DNA of 64,000 nucleotides. Origin: Octopus vulgaris. Its lineage: Eukaryota. Where the stretch lies: contig OX597819.1 in the NCBI GenBank assembly GCA_951406725.2, positions 72,292,001-72,356,000 of the forward strand, read 5' to 3'. Both the position numbers and the translations under genes were made by a program. Positions 39,020 through 50,705 of this stretch are shown here, piece after piece. Positions within the stretch are counted from its first letter, which is position 1; the number at the start of each line of letters is the position of its first letter. Under the pieces are notes generated by a model. It made no database searches. It saw nothing but the letters and a program-made list of their open reading frames with translations, and was not told where the DNA came from.

Positions 39020-39086
<67 letters not shown>
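38836..39086. mobile_element. RTE-clade LINE fragment with apparent 5' inversion
   Basis: Minus strand NLFLTIWQQEVVP...KDSSIAHLYKRKGKRQLCD (RTE pre-RT motif) is joined to plus strand GGTCATCGTCGAGAACGACGGATGAAC(TAA)n, which looks like a 3' end. Confidence 0.65.
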
Positions 39087-39087
<1 letters not shown>

Positions 39088-39939
39088 TACGTATGTATGC
39101 ATGTATGTAAGTATGTATGTATATTTGTATTTGCGTTTGTATGTATGTTTGCATGTATAGTAAATTTTGCTTGTGCCTATACAGAGTCATGGTCAAGAGT
39201 TCTTTAAATTAAAACTATTATGCCCTAGTACAATTCGATTCAAATATATACAACGTATATATTTGGACAGTTAATATAAAAATTCTAATTTTCAGACATA
39301 TGTTCCAAACGTTTGGCCACGTCTGTACATCATGAATTTGAAATACCCCAAAAGGGGAGTTACAGTATAATCATTAAGTTTTAAGTCCAGCGTTTTACAA
39401 TTTCTGTCGCGTGTAATGTAAAAAGCAGTGTGGCCTGACTTGGTATCTGTAGGGGGTCGCCAACAGGACTGGTTCACAGAGTCTAGTTAGCATGATTCAT
39501 TGTGCAGGTATTGAAGGAGTCGTTTACATAAACATAAGCATAAACACACACACACACAAATAAATAAACAGACATACAAACACAGACATGCAAATACTAT
39601 ATAAACACACATATTTGATGGCGTGTATGAGGTGGGGGGGGGGAAGATCTCATTGTTTAAAAGTAAAAAATAGACTTAACCCTCTGACTTCGACCCCCAC
39701 CTCCACTGCCATCGTTACGTGCCCCTAACAATACAGTTTGGAGGGACATAACATGCCAAAGAAGAAAAGTCGAGGCACTTTATGCATATCTGTTATTTCC
39801 GTGTGGTGTATTGCCACACGTTATGAGAATATCGTTTGCATGTATAGACATACGCGAATATATAACCATATGTATACACAGAGGCACTTACATAGACGTA
39901 CATATAAAACACAATATACGTACTCTTACATACACACAG

Positions 39940-39993
<54 letters not shown>

Positions 39994-40123
39994 GTGTATC
40001 GAAATTACTACGATGATCCGGTTCTTGACTGAAGTCTGAGGGTTTCGAATGTCCTGTCCGTGTTTATTGTATCGTCTTCTAAGAGTTATACGTTCTTGTC
40101 CATGTTGTATTTTTCTACATACC

Positions 40124-40184
<61 letters not shown>

Positions 40185-40385
40185 ATATATATATATATAT
40201 ATACATATATACTTATATATAAACATACATAATACATATACTTACATGATATATATGATATATATATATGTCACGCACATAATTATGTACATGCACGCAT
40301 ACTAAGATGTGTGTGTAGCATATTAAAGACAAGCAACAAGTAATATCAATTTTAGATAGATAGATAGAGAGAGGGAGAGAGATAA

Positions 40386-40440
<55 letters not shown>

Positions 40441-40491
40441 TTCACGCACATAGATTCATAGTACATAGACATACAGCTATATATAGACACG

Positions 40492-40523
<32 letters not shown>

Positions 40524-40625
40524 TATATATATAGATAGATAGATAGATTTTAAAAGTACATTTTATTAGTGATATATATATACATATATTTAAATTCATA
40601 CATAGATTCATTGATAGACAGTCAG

Positions 40626-40676
<51 letters not shown>

Positions 40677-40984
40677 TACGCACACACACGCACACACACA
40701 CATACAAATTCAAATACAAGCGCCAATCTGCTCTCATGTACATTTTAACATTTACTCATGCTTGTACATTTTCTCATTTGCATAAGATTATACAAAAGCT
40801 TATAAGCACACATACAAGGCACGAACATGCATATAAACGTGTACAACTGTGTATATACGCCCATGCATAGGATCAGATATACATACAACCCACTCATTGA
40901 AAGGAATTCGCTGGCAGGGGCGGAGTAAATATCGTGGCACGAGCGACATATTTTTCATTATCTTTTATTTTTTAACTTTTTAAC

Positions 40985-41240
40985 TCTTTCACTAGTTTCA
41001 GCTCGAGAGTTGTGGCCATGCTGGGGCACGGCTGTAAGCTTTGCTACACTTTCACAGCTCGAAACCTCCTCTGTGACATTTGGTCAGTGCCTGCATCTGC
41101 GTTTCCTGCCGTGAGGTATACTCTTGAAAGGAGGAGGTCCAATTCTGTTTTGAAGACACCTACAACCACCCCATGCACATAATACATGCTTGCTGGGAGG
41201 GCATTGAAGATATGTGGGTTCTTGAGACCCAAGCTGTTTC
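40985..41240 (-). mobile_element. CR1-type LINE 3' end
   Basis: LGLKNPHIFNALP...VGVFKTELDLLLSRV, then the tail GTGCCCCAGCATGGCCACAAC...GCTGAAACTAG. Confidence 0.75.
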
Positions 41241-41499
41241 AGTGGCTCCCCTTAACTGTTAGTGATTTACTGTTGTACGGTGCTTTTCATGTTAGTTGGT
41301 TTATAATGACACAAGCGGCCTTGGGTCACTTATGACATAGGCTACTCCCCAACACTTGTATTTTATTTACTTCTTTATTTACATCTACCCCTAAACGGTC
41401 TAAGCTCGTACTTAGTTTTAAATTAAACTGACCAGTTATAGGGATGGCTGAACTTCGGTCAATTCCATTACGGACAATAGGTGGTTGGTCTTTAGAATA

Positions 41500-42060
41500 T
41501 ATCAGTAAGTTACACCCTGGTAACCCCAAAGAAGGTTAACCCACCAATTATTTTTCTAGTTTATTCATTTGCTCATCGGCTTCAAGCTTTACTCTGCAAA
41601 ATGGTATGATTCTAATTTATTAAGCCTTCTTTCCTCATCGCGAGGCCGTGTTCTTTCCTCTTCCCTCTTCTTTTCTTTTATTTCATGTATTTGTATTCAC
41701 TCTGATGAGGCTTTATCGGATGTGCAATAAAAGATGATGAATATTATTCTCAAAATTTTCTTTGGCAGCGCCGACTGACATTGGCTGCAGAAACGGCTGT
41801 TAGCAATGTTAAAGTCTTGTATTTAAAAAATAATAACCGATGGTAGTTAATTTGTTTGTTGATCTAAAGTTTTCTCTGTTTTCTACTTCAGTTAAATTTG
41901 ATTCCTGATAAACTCTTGTTTATTTTGTTATTGCCTGTATCCTATGAGCATAATATATTTGCATATCCATGCCCAGAGTTAACATAGGTAATTTATATCG
42001 GTAGTAATAACGGATATTCTTATCCCTTTGACGGTTATTCCAACCGCTAACTCTAATTAC
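41500..42060 (+). mobile_element. Probable PLE 3' remnant with degenerate HHR (~41698-41806)
   Basis: HRLQAL..NGM-like peptide, then CTGATGA-G-GC...GC-A-GAAAC-GGCT-GTT-agcaat. Confidence 0.4.
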
Positions 42061-42063
42061 CTT

Positions 42064-42134
<71 letters not shown>

Positions 42135-42327
42135 CAATTTGGGTGGGGGATTAAGCGAAATGCAGGTATTTCAGATAATAAAAAAATCTAACAGGAAACT
42201 CATGGTATCAGTTTGCACATCACGAAATAATACTTAAGTATATAACCAAAATTACCAGCAGGGTATATAATATACTTCATTAATTATATCCTACTTTAGT
42301 TAATACTTATATTTATTAAATATGAAG

Positions 42328-42378
42328 GAACTACACGTGTTTCAGTATTGGAAGGTTACAATATAAATACATATACAC

Positions 42379-42450
<72 letters not shown>

Positions 42451-42649
42451 ATCATATATATATATATATATATAGGCGCAGGAGTGGCTGTGTTGTAAGT
42501 AGCTGCTAACCAGCCACACTTAGCGGTTCGGCAAAAAAAAAAAGAGACCGATAGAATAAGTACTGGGCTTTCAAAGAATAAGTCCCGGGGTCGAGTTGCT
42601 CGACTAAAGGCGGTGCTCCAGCATGGCCGCAGTCAAATGACTGAAACAA

Positions 42650-42712
<63 letters not shown>

Positions 42713-42789
42713 CATATATAAATACATATATGTAAATACATATATATAAATCGTCAGATTTACAATTATTCCAACACATCTTCAGGTTC
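42328..42789 (-). ncRNA. Hammerhead ribozyme motif with a 415-nt insertion in loop II
   Basis: GAAC-CTGAAGA-T-GTGTTGGAA-[415 nt]-TTCCAATAC-T-GAAAC-ACGT-GTA-GTTC. Confidence 0.65.
42475..42650 (+). mobile_element. SINE family A, internally deleted
   Basis: The head is joined directly to the CACTTAGCGGTTCGGC 3' half. Confidence 0.85.
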
Positions 42790-43252
42790 TATTTCAAACT
42801 ATTATATATCTAATTTTACATCCCTTTAAAAATAAGCAATACAATTAAGCATTAAAGATTAAAAATTCAGAATTAAAAATTAAGAATTATACATTATAAA
42901 TATGAATTAGTATATATATATATCAATCGTGTAAAATCAAGTATATGTCAAATACAGAATGTGAGATATAAGATTAAACATCAGAATAAAAATGTCTGTA
43001 TTTTAATGTGATATATAACAAGAAAACTTCAAATACATATATGAATTTGAAGTATTCTTGTCAGATATTTTCTTGGGTTTACTGTCAGATATACTCACTA
43101 GGTTATTTTTGTATTATCTGAAATAGAATACCCGCATTTCGATTAATCCCCCAAAATTGAATTAATATTGACATTTTTCAAATACTTTGTATATTTATAG
43201 ATAAATATATAAATAGACGATAAATAAGACCCCAAGGTACGATATTTAGATA

Positions 43253-44529
43253 CGAGGGACGTTCAATAAGTAATGCCTCTGACCCACTTGCAGATCTAGC
43301 TGAAATTTTGCATCATTTATATCTCTATAGAGTAAGTGACAAATTACAGCTCTGAATTAATTGTGGTTTCTGATTTACAGGTGTTTGAACCGAGTCAAGT
43401 GTGAAATGGAGCCTGTTGAGTGTCGAGCAGTGATCCGGTTTTTGTATTTGAAAGGACGCACACCACGGGAGACTTTTGATGAAATGAAAGTAACTTATGG
43501 TGATGATGCCCCATCATATGACCTTGTAAAACGCTGGCATCGTGAATTCAAACATGGTCGGAACTCTGTGGAAACAGCTCCCAGATCTGGTCGGCCCCTT
43601 CTGCCGTTGATGAGACGTCTGTCCGTCAAGTTGAGGCTGCCATTTTGGAAGGTCAACGCATAACTATTCGCCAAATAGCCCATAAGGTCAAGATTAGTAC
43701 CGGGTCTGTGGAAACTATCATTCATGACCATTTGCATATGCAAAAGGTGTCTGCCAGATGGATTCCCAGGTTGCTCACGCCTTTCCAGAAGCAAGAACGC
43801 GTCGAGTGTTCGAGGGTGAATTTGGAGATGTGCCAAGAAGATGAGTCAAAATTTTTCAAAAGACTGATTACACAGGATGAAACCCGGGTCCATCACGATG
43901 ATCCAGAGACCAAAGCCCAGTCAATGCAGTGGAAGCACCGTGACTCACCCCCTCCAAAGAAGGCAAGGGTGCAGCCCTCCGCTGGCAAGGTCATGCTCAC
44001 AGTCTTCTGGGACCAGGACGGAGTAGTGATGACAGATTTCCTGGCAAAGGGTACCACAATTGCAGGAGCCTATTATGTTTCACTTTTGAGGAAATTAAGA
44101 GAAGTTATCAAAATCAAGAGGCGGGGCAAGATCAGCAAAGGCATCCTCCTCCTGCAGGACAACGCTCCGGTCCACAACTCGCTTGTCGCCAGATCAGAAG
44201 CACAGGCGTATGGCTATGAACTCCTCCCCATCCCCCCTACTTTCCTGACCTTGCACCCTCTGATTTTCACCTCTTCCCAATCATGAAGTTGTTTTTGAAA
44301 GGAAAGCGTTTATCAGATGATGCAGCCTTGATTTCTGAAGTCACGTTGAGGTTGGAGGACCAAGCTGGGTTCTTCTACAAAAACAGTCTCCAGAGCCGCA
44401 TCAAACGATGGGAGAAATGCGTAACTCTGGGTGGTTCCTATGTAGAAAAAGACTAATAACTGTGCCAAGTTTCGTTTCTCTACCCCTATGGGAAGTGGGT
44501 CAGGGGCATTACTTATTGAACGCCCCTCG
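43253..44529 (+). mobile_element. Full-length mariner transposon (irritans/Hsmar2-like, DD34D)
   Basis: TIRs CGAGGGACGTTCAATAAGTAATGCCTCTGACCCACTT / AAGTGGGTCAGGGGCATTACTTATTGAACGCCCCTCG, TA on both sides, 1277 bp. Confidence 0.95.
43406..44456 (+). pseudogene. mariner transposase, frameshifted
   Basis: MEPVECRAVIRFLYLKG...WIPRLL...ITQDET...LLQDNAPVH...PDLAPSDF...GGSYVEKD*, with frameshifts near 43600 and 44235. Confidence 0.93.
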
Positions 44530-45059
44530 TACTTATAACGCTGAAGGGTTGCACCTGGTTGATTTGGAAATTTGTTTTCCCAAATATATATATATATATA
44601 TATAATACGGGTGGCTAATGCGCAATTTTACAACCTAAAGGCGGGAATATATACGTCACTAAAGTGACAAAGGGCACTAATCAGCACCGGTATTGCTAGA
44701 AATAAGAGTCAAAACAACTCAATAGCCGCAGAAAACACTATTTTAATGACCGACAAGGGACGATTTTGTGTATAACCTTAGGTTTCAGGTTTTGGCTATT
44801 CCAATTATCAAATGGTTCTCATTTAAAATTAAAATAGCAGTAAAGCCATCTCCCTGGACATGGCACTTAGGCAAATCGGGAGTGAACACTAAAACACGTG
44901 GTTGTAAAGTACAGTTCTTAACCAACAGCCATACTTGCGTATTGTGTGCGAGTACATATATACATACATATACACATACATATATATATATATATACATA
45001 TGTATGTGTGTGTGTGCATATATGTATATACACACATATGTATATATATATGTATGTGT

Positions 45060-45176
45060 ATGTATGTGTGTATGTATATATCTGTAACGTACGTACGTAC
45101 GTACGTATGTATGTATGTATGTATGTATGTATGTATGTATGTATGTAGTTGCGCATAGACAGTCTGTGGTTTGTGT

Positions 45177-45212
<36 letters not shown>

Positions 45213-45539
45213 CATACATGGTAAGACTTATAATATATATGTATGCAAGTGTATGCATGTATATTATATATATGTATCTATGTCTATTGAAAATTTGTAT
45301 CGTATCTATAAACAATACTTATGTATATACATATTTATATATATATATATATATATATATGCATTTATATGTATATATGTATGTGTATATATGTATATAT
45401 ACATACACACACATATATATATACATATATATACACATATATATACATATATATACACACACATATATATATATATATGTATGTGTATGTATATGTGTAT
45501 GTATATATATGTACGTACGTACGTACGTATGTATGTATG

Positions 45540-45570
<31 letters not shown>

Positions 45571-45572
45571 GC

Positions 45573-45632
<60 letters not shown>

Positions 45633-45745
45633 CATACATGGTAAGACTTATAATATATATGTATGCAAGTGTATGCATGTATATTCATATATGTATCTAT
45701 GTCTATTGAAAATTTGTATAGTATCTAAAACAATACTTATGATTT
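45060..45745. repeat. ~420-bp-period tandem duplication in microsatellite-rich DNA
   Basis: AATACATACATGGTAAGACTT...AACAATACTTATG at ~45209-45322 and ~45629-45742. Confidence 0.8.
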
Positions 45746-46166
45746 CATAATAAAATTCTTAAGTTTTGAAGCCATTTTTGAGTGGAGACGACTTAAGCAG
45801 CTTCCGGTAGCCATGTACTATAGCAAAGCTTAAATCTAATTGATACCAAATATTTGCTGTACAGTACGACAGCTGGAAGCCGCAGCGAGGTTCGTGAATG
45901 AAGTGTTTTATATTCTCTCATTAATGTAATCAGTTCTGATAGACATTATATGAGAGATGACCTTTGATCAGATTTTAAAAGTACATTTTATTAGTGATAT
46001 ATATATATACACATATATTAAAATGCATACATAGATTCATTGATAGACAGTCAGATAGATAGATAATACATACATGCATACATACATGCATGCACGCATC
46101 CATCCATCCATCCATACATACATACATACATACATACAAACATACATACATACATACATACATACA

Positions 46167-46200
<34 letters not shown>

Positions 46201-46238
46201 CGCGAACAGACGGACCAACGGACTGGTGGATGGATGGC

Positions 46239-46298
<60 letters not shown>

Positions 46299-46403
46299 GA
46301 GATAGAGAGATAGATAGACAAACAGCCAGAAGGACGGATTGACGGACAGACAGGTAGACTGGCAGACAGGCAGACAGACCGACAGACAGACAGACAGACA
46401 GAC

Positions 46404-46489
<86 letters not shown>

Positions 46490-46661
46490 CGGTATCTGCG
46501 TATGTGTGTGTGTGTGTGTGCCTATATTTTCACACATACATATATGCATACACAATTATCAACAAATTTAAAGATACATGTTTGAGTGTCAAGTATGAAT
46601 GCGCCGGTTTGCATGCGAGTGTGTGGTTTTCTGTGTATGAGTGTACGTGCCCAATTATGTG

Positions 46662-46719
<58 letters not shown>

Positions 46720-46829
46720 AGTACGCTCGTATGACTGCATGTATACCGCCCTTCACTCAGTAAGGAGACTTCACGAACATACACATAAACGCACATACAT
46801 ATACACGCACAGACAGACGCGCGTGCGCA

Positions 46830-46871
<42 letters not shown>

Positions 46872-47458
46872 GAAAGTAAGTCTATTTGACAGAGATGTGT
46901 CGTGCGATAACAGCTTGTGCTTTATCGCATATTGGGGTGAAATGACTGACCACTGTGGCTCCCCTAATGACAGGCGACGATGTATTTCTCTTCTGAACAA
47001 ACAGTCAGCAGAGAAATTTGTTAGAACGAAATAATACCCTTTACAAACATACACACAACACACACACACACACATTTATATATGTACTCACACACACTCA
47101 CATATACACACATATATAGCGTTAAACTGTTTGTTCTTTACACACCTGTCTTCGTCTTTTGTTTCTTTGTAAATTCACACTATATATATATATATATATA
47201 CATATATACACACACACACACAAATATATATATATATATTTGTATGTGTGTGTGTGTGTGTGTGTGCGTGTGTGTGTGTGTGCGTGCGTGTGTGTGTATA
47301 CACTTCAATATCGAGAAGTATGAGTAAGAATCCACCGTACTGGTGGATAAACATTTTTTATGTGTGGGTTGACAAGGATTCCTTGATGGAGACAAGCATG
47401 TGGCAAGCTTGATAAGTGTGGAGGCGTTTCTTCTCGCATGAAACCATTGGCATATACA

Positions 47459-48020
47459 CAGGGTGTCCCAAAAAGAGTATACACACTTTAGAAGCTGATA
47501 ACTCTGATGTTTTTTTTTTCTTTCCAGATTAAGCCCAATGGAATGAATGATAGCAGTCAGACTAAGCTTTGAACAAAGGAAATTCATTCTAAAATGCTAC
47601 TGGAAGTAGCACAGTTTAAGCGCAAAGATAGTTTAGGAAGGAGTTTCAAACAGATCCACCAACGCGACTTACCATCACTCGAACTAGAGATAAGTTTGAC
47701 GCCGATGAAACTAACTATTCAGAATGTCCACAAGAAGCGTTCCGGAAGATCACGAACATCGGCAATCCCCACAAAGCAAGAAGGAGTGCTGGAAGCGTAT
47801 CACCAATATCCAAGAAGATCTGTGTGGCATATGAATCGTGAGGTAGGTATGTTAAAATCGTCTGTCCAACGCATTTCGAAGCGTCGTCAATGGAGAAGTT
47901 ACGTTCTAAGATTAGTCCATGCTATTAATGACGATGATCCAGACCGAAGAGTGCAATATTGCGAGTGGTACTTGGCACGATGTATAGATGCACATTTTCT
48001 AACAAAGATTGTGTAGAGAA
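47459..48020 (+). mobile_element. Tc1/mariner 5' fragment (rosa/DD41D-like, DUF4817-type N-terminus)
   Basis: CAGGGTGTCCCAAAA TIR-like start, and [15 protein letters not shown]...RSGRSRT...[19 protein letters not shown]. Confidence 0.8.
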
Positions 48021-48077
48021 TATGCTTCAACACACGATGTCGCATAAAGAATCTTGCAAAGCAAATCCCAAAACGAA

Positions 48078-48183
<106 letters not shown>

Positions 48184-48289
48184 CGGGCTTCTTTCAGTTT
48201 CCGTCTACCAAATCCAATCACAAAACTTTGGTGGACCCGAATCTATAGTGTGGTTGAGAAGCCACGCCTGGTGCGTGAGTATATATAAC

Positions 48290-48545
48290 AAATTAATAAA
48301 TAAAAGATATGCATATATACATACATATATGTACGTACCTACATCTACTTGTATATTTACATGCATATATGGGTACAGGACACACAAAAAAAACGTCGAA
48401 CACAATGAGAATTGAAAACATAAACACAAAACCAAGGAAATGGACATTTTTCTTAAGCAACGAAAAAATAGAGTACAGGACATAGAACACAAGGAAAATT
48501 CCCCTTCTTCAGTCGCCTCTGTTTCATCTCCGCGTTTCGAAGGTC
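48290..48545 (-). repeat. Dispersed repeat family (same as 4085-4340)
   Basis: Reverse-complement similarity. Confidence 0.75.
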
Positions 48546-48547
48546 CC

Positions 48548-48825
48548 TGGGTTTCAGGGACCCACAGTTTTTTTAATATACTCCCAAAGAGCCTGAGGGA
48601 CCCATACAAAGTAGATGTAGGTGTTTTCAAATCAAAACAGGATCTCTTCCTGTCAAGAGTCCCTTATGAACCTACCTCGTGGCATGAGGCGCCGGTGAGA
48701 GCAGCGAACAAATTCTCTTTTTCACCAAATGCCACATATGAGAGGAGAATCTCAATAATAATAGTGCAGCAAAACGGTGGTGCCCTAGACTTGACCACAG
48801 CTTTCAGCTGAAACTGATAAAATAA
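48548..48825 (+). mobile_element. CR1-type LINE 3' end
   Basis: LGFRDP.FFNILPKSLRDPYKVDVGVFKSKQDLFLSRVPYEP followed by a SINE-A-like tail. Confidence 0.8.
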
Positions 48826-48826
48826 G

Positions 48827-48930
<104 letters not shown>

Positions 48931-49086
48931 CACAACAACTCGAGGACGTGGAACAAGTATAGTGCTATTGGACACTCAGGAAAGGAAAGAAAGAAGGAGG
49001 ATGTGTGTGTGAGTGGATGTGTGAGTAAATATATATATATATATATATATATTTACTTACACATCCACTCACACACACATACATAT

Positions 49087-49280
49087 TCTTTTATTTATTG
49101 CGATCATTTGACTGCAGCCATGCTGGAGCACCACCTTTAGTCGAAAAAATCAACCGCAGCACTTATTCTTTGTAAGCCTATTCTATTGGTCTCTTATGCC
49201 GAACCGCTAGGTTACGGAAACTTAAACACACCAACATCGGTTGTCAAGCAATGGTGGGGGGCGGACAAACACAGACACAA
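49087..49280 (-). mobile_element. SINE family A, 3' half
   Basis: Reverse complement of the family A tail. Confidence 0.8.
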
Positions 49281-49321
49281 ACATATATGTTCATTCTCTC
49301 TCTGTTTATTTTCTCTTATTC

Positions 49322-49357
49322 CTTTCTGATGAAGAGCGTAGGCTCGAAATGTAAATG
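49322..49357 (+). ncRNA. Minimal HHR motif in a short PLE-derived repeat
   Basis: CTTT-CTGATGA-A-GAGC-gtag-GCTC-GAAAT-GTA-AATG. Confidence 0.6.
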
Positions 49358-49452
49358 ACTTTTCATTTTTTCCCGAGCATCAAACTGATACACTTGCTTG
49401 TTGTTCATACACCTGTCTTCGGTTATTTTGTTTTTCTATAAATTTAATATAT

Positions 49453-49511
<59 letters not shown>

Positions 49512-49603
49512 TAGATATAGATATATATTGTTGTACCATTCAAAACTTTTTATTCTTTACAAACAATATACAATGCTTCAAGCGAACTATAATACTCTCT
49601 CTT

Positions 49604-49647
<44 letters not shown>

Positions 49648-49654
<7 letters not shown>

Positions 49655-50315
49655 AATATAAACAAGAAGGGTAGTAATATTATTTACTACCAAGTGCCCA
49701 GCACAAAAGACGAATTAGTCATAAGACAAAAATATTATTCATATAGAAAAATATTATTCATGTCGTTATACAATTAAGGGCTCCTAAATTAAGATGCCGA
49801 GTGCTGGGAACACAAAAAGGGGATGAATTTATCGAGAGTGAAAATCAAAAACGTTTACCGATAACTTTAACAACTCGAACCGCACGGTTTCTGCTTCTTT
49901 CTAGCAAAACACAGAATATGTTTGCTAAGGCTGGCTTCGTCAGCGAGTCGCCTAAATTGAATCGAGGTCTGCAGCGATGTGGGACCATGTGTTGATCTCG
50001 ACTACTAGCAGATCTTAACTTTTCAAATCTCTGCGCAGACGCAAAACTTACACGGCAGTATAGGGCATGCCGGGAAGAATTTTACGAATAAATCCATCAT
50101 GTAATATGCGAATATAAACAAGAAGGGTAGTAATATTATTTACTACCAAGTGCCCAAGCACAAAAGACGAATTAGTCATAAGACAAAAATATTATTCATA
50201 TAGAAAAATATTATTCATGTAGTTATACAATTAAGGGCTCCTAAATTAAGATGCCGAGTGCTGGGAACACAAAAGGGGATGAATTTATCGAGAGTGAAAA
50301 TCAAAAACGTTTACC

Positions 50316-50319
<4 letters not shown>
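49648..50319 (-). mobile_element. Retrozyme/PLE-like partial tandem (456-bp period, ~215-bp direct repeats)
   Basis: Near-identical repeats 49648-49863 and 50104-50319 between (TA)n and (AG)n, with an HHR between them. Confidence 0.75.
49873..49948 (-). ncRNA. Type I hammerhead ribozyme motif, canonical core
   Basis: ACUCG-CUGACGA-A-GC..UAGCAAAC..UUUUGCUA..GC-A-GAAAC-CGUGCG-GUU-CGAGU. Confidence 0.75.
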
Positions 50320-50365
<46 letters not shown>

Positions 50366-50386
50366 TAGATAGATATAGATATATAG

Positions 50387-50601
50387 CCGTTGCCAGTACC
50401 GCCTGACTGGCCCTCGTGCCGGTGGCACGTAAAAGCACCCACTACACTCTCAGAGTGGTTGGCGTTAGGAAGGACATCTAGCTGTAGAAACTCTGCCAGA
50501 TCAGATTGGAGTCTGGTGCAGCCATCTGGTTCGCCAAACCTCAGTCAAATCGTCCAATCCATGCTAGCATGGAAAGCGGACGTTAAACGATGATGATGAT
50601 G
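50387..50601 (+). mobile_element. SINE family D, 3' part with (GAT)n tail
   Basis: GGTTGGCGTTAGGAAGG.CATC.AGCTGTAGAAAC...CCATGC.AGCATGGAAAGCGGACGTTAAACGATGATG. The tail also occurs at 62190-62238. Confidence 0.7.
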
Positions 50602-50609
50602 ATATATAT

Positions 50610-50705
<96 letters not shown>

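Larger units (their letters stand above)
42131..43190. mobile_element. Old PLE-like fold-back element interrupted by a SINE
   Basis: Inverted termini AATTCAATTTGG..GGGGATTAA.CGAAATGC.GGTATT (42131-42185) vs 43105-43163, with a split HHR inside. Confidence 0.6.

Noticed and set aside
45799-45889. Imperfect ~90-nt hairpin (pre-miRNA-like)
   Set aside because: Many mismatches, a large loop and no match to a miRNA I recognise. More likely a decayed MITE or chance.
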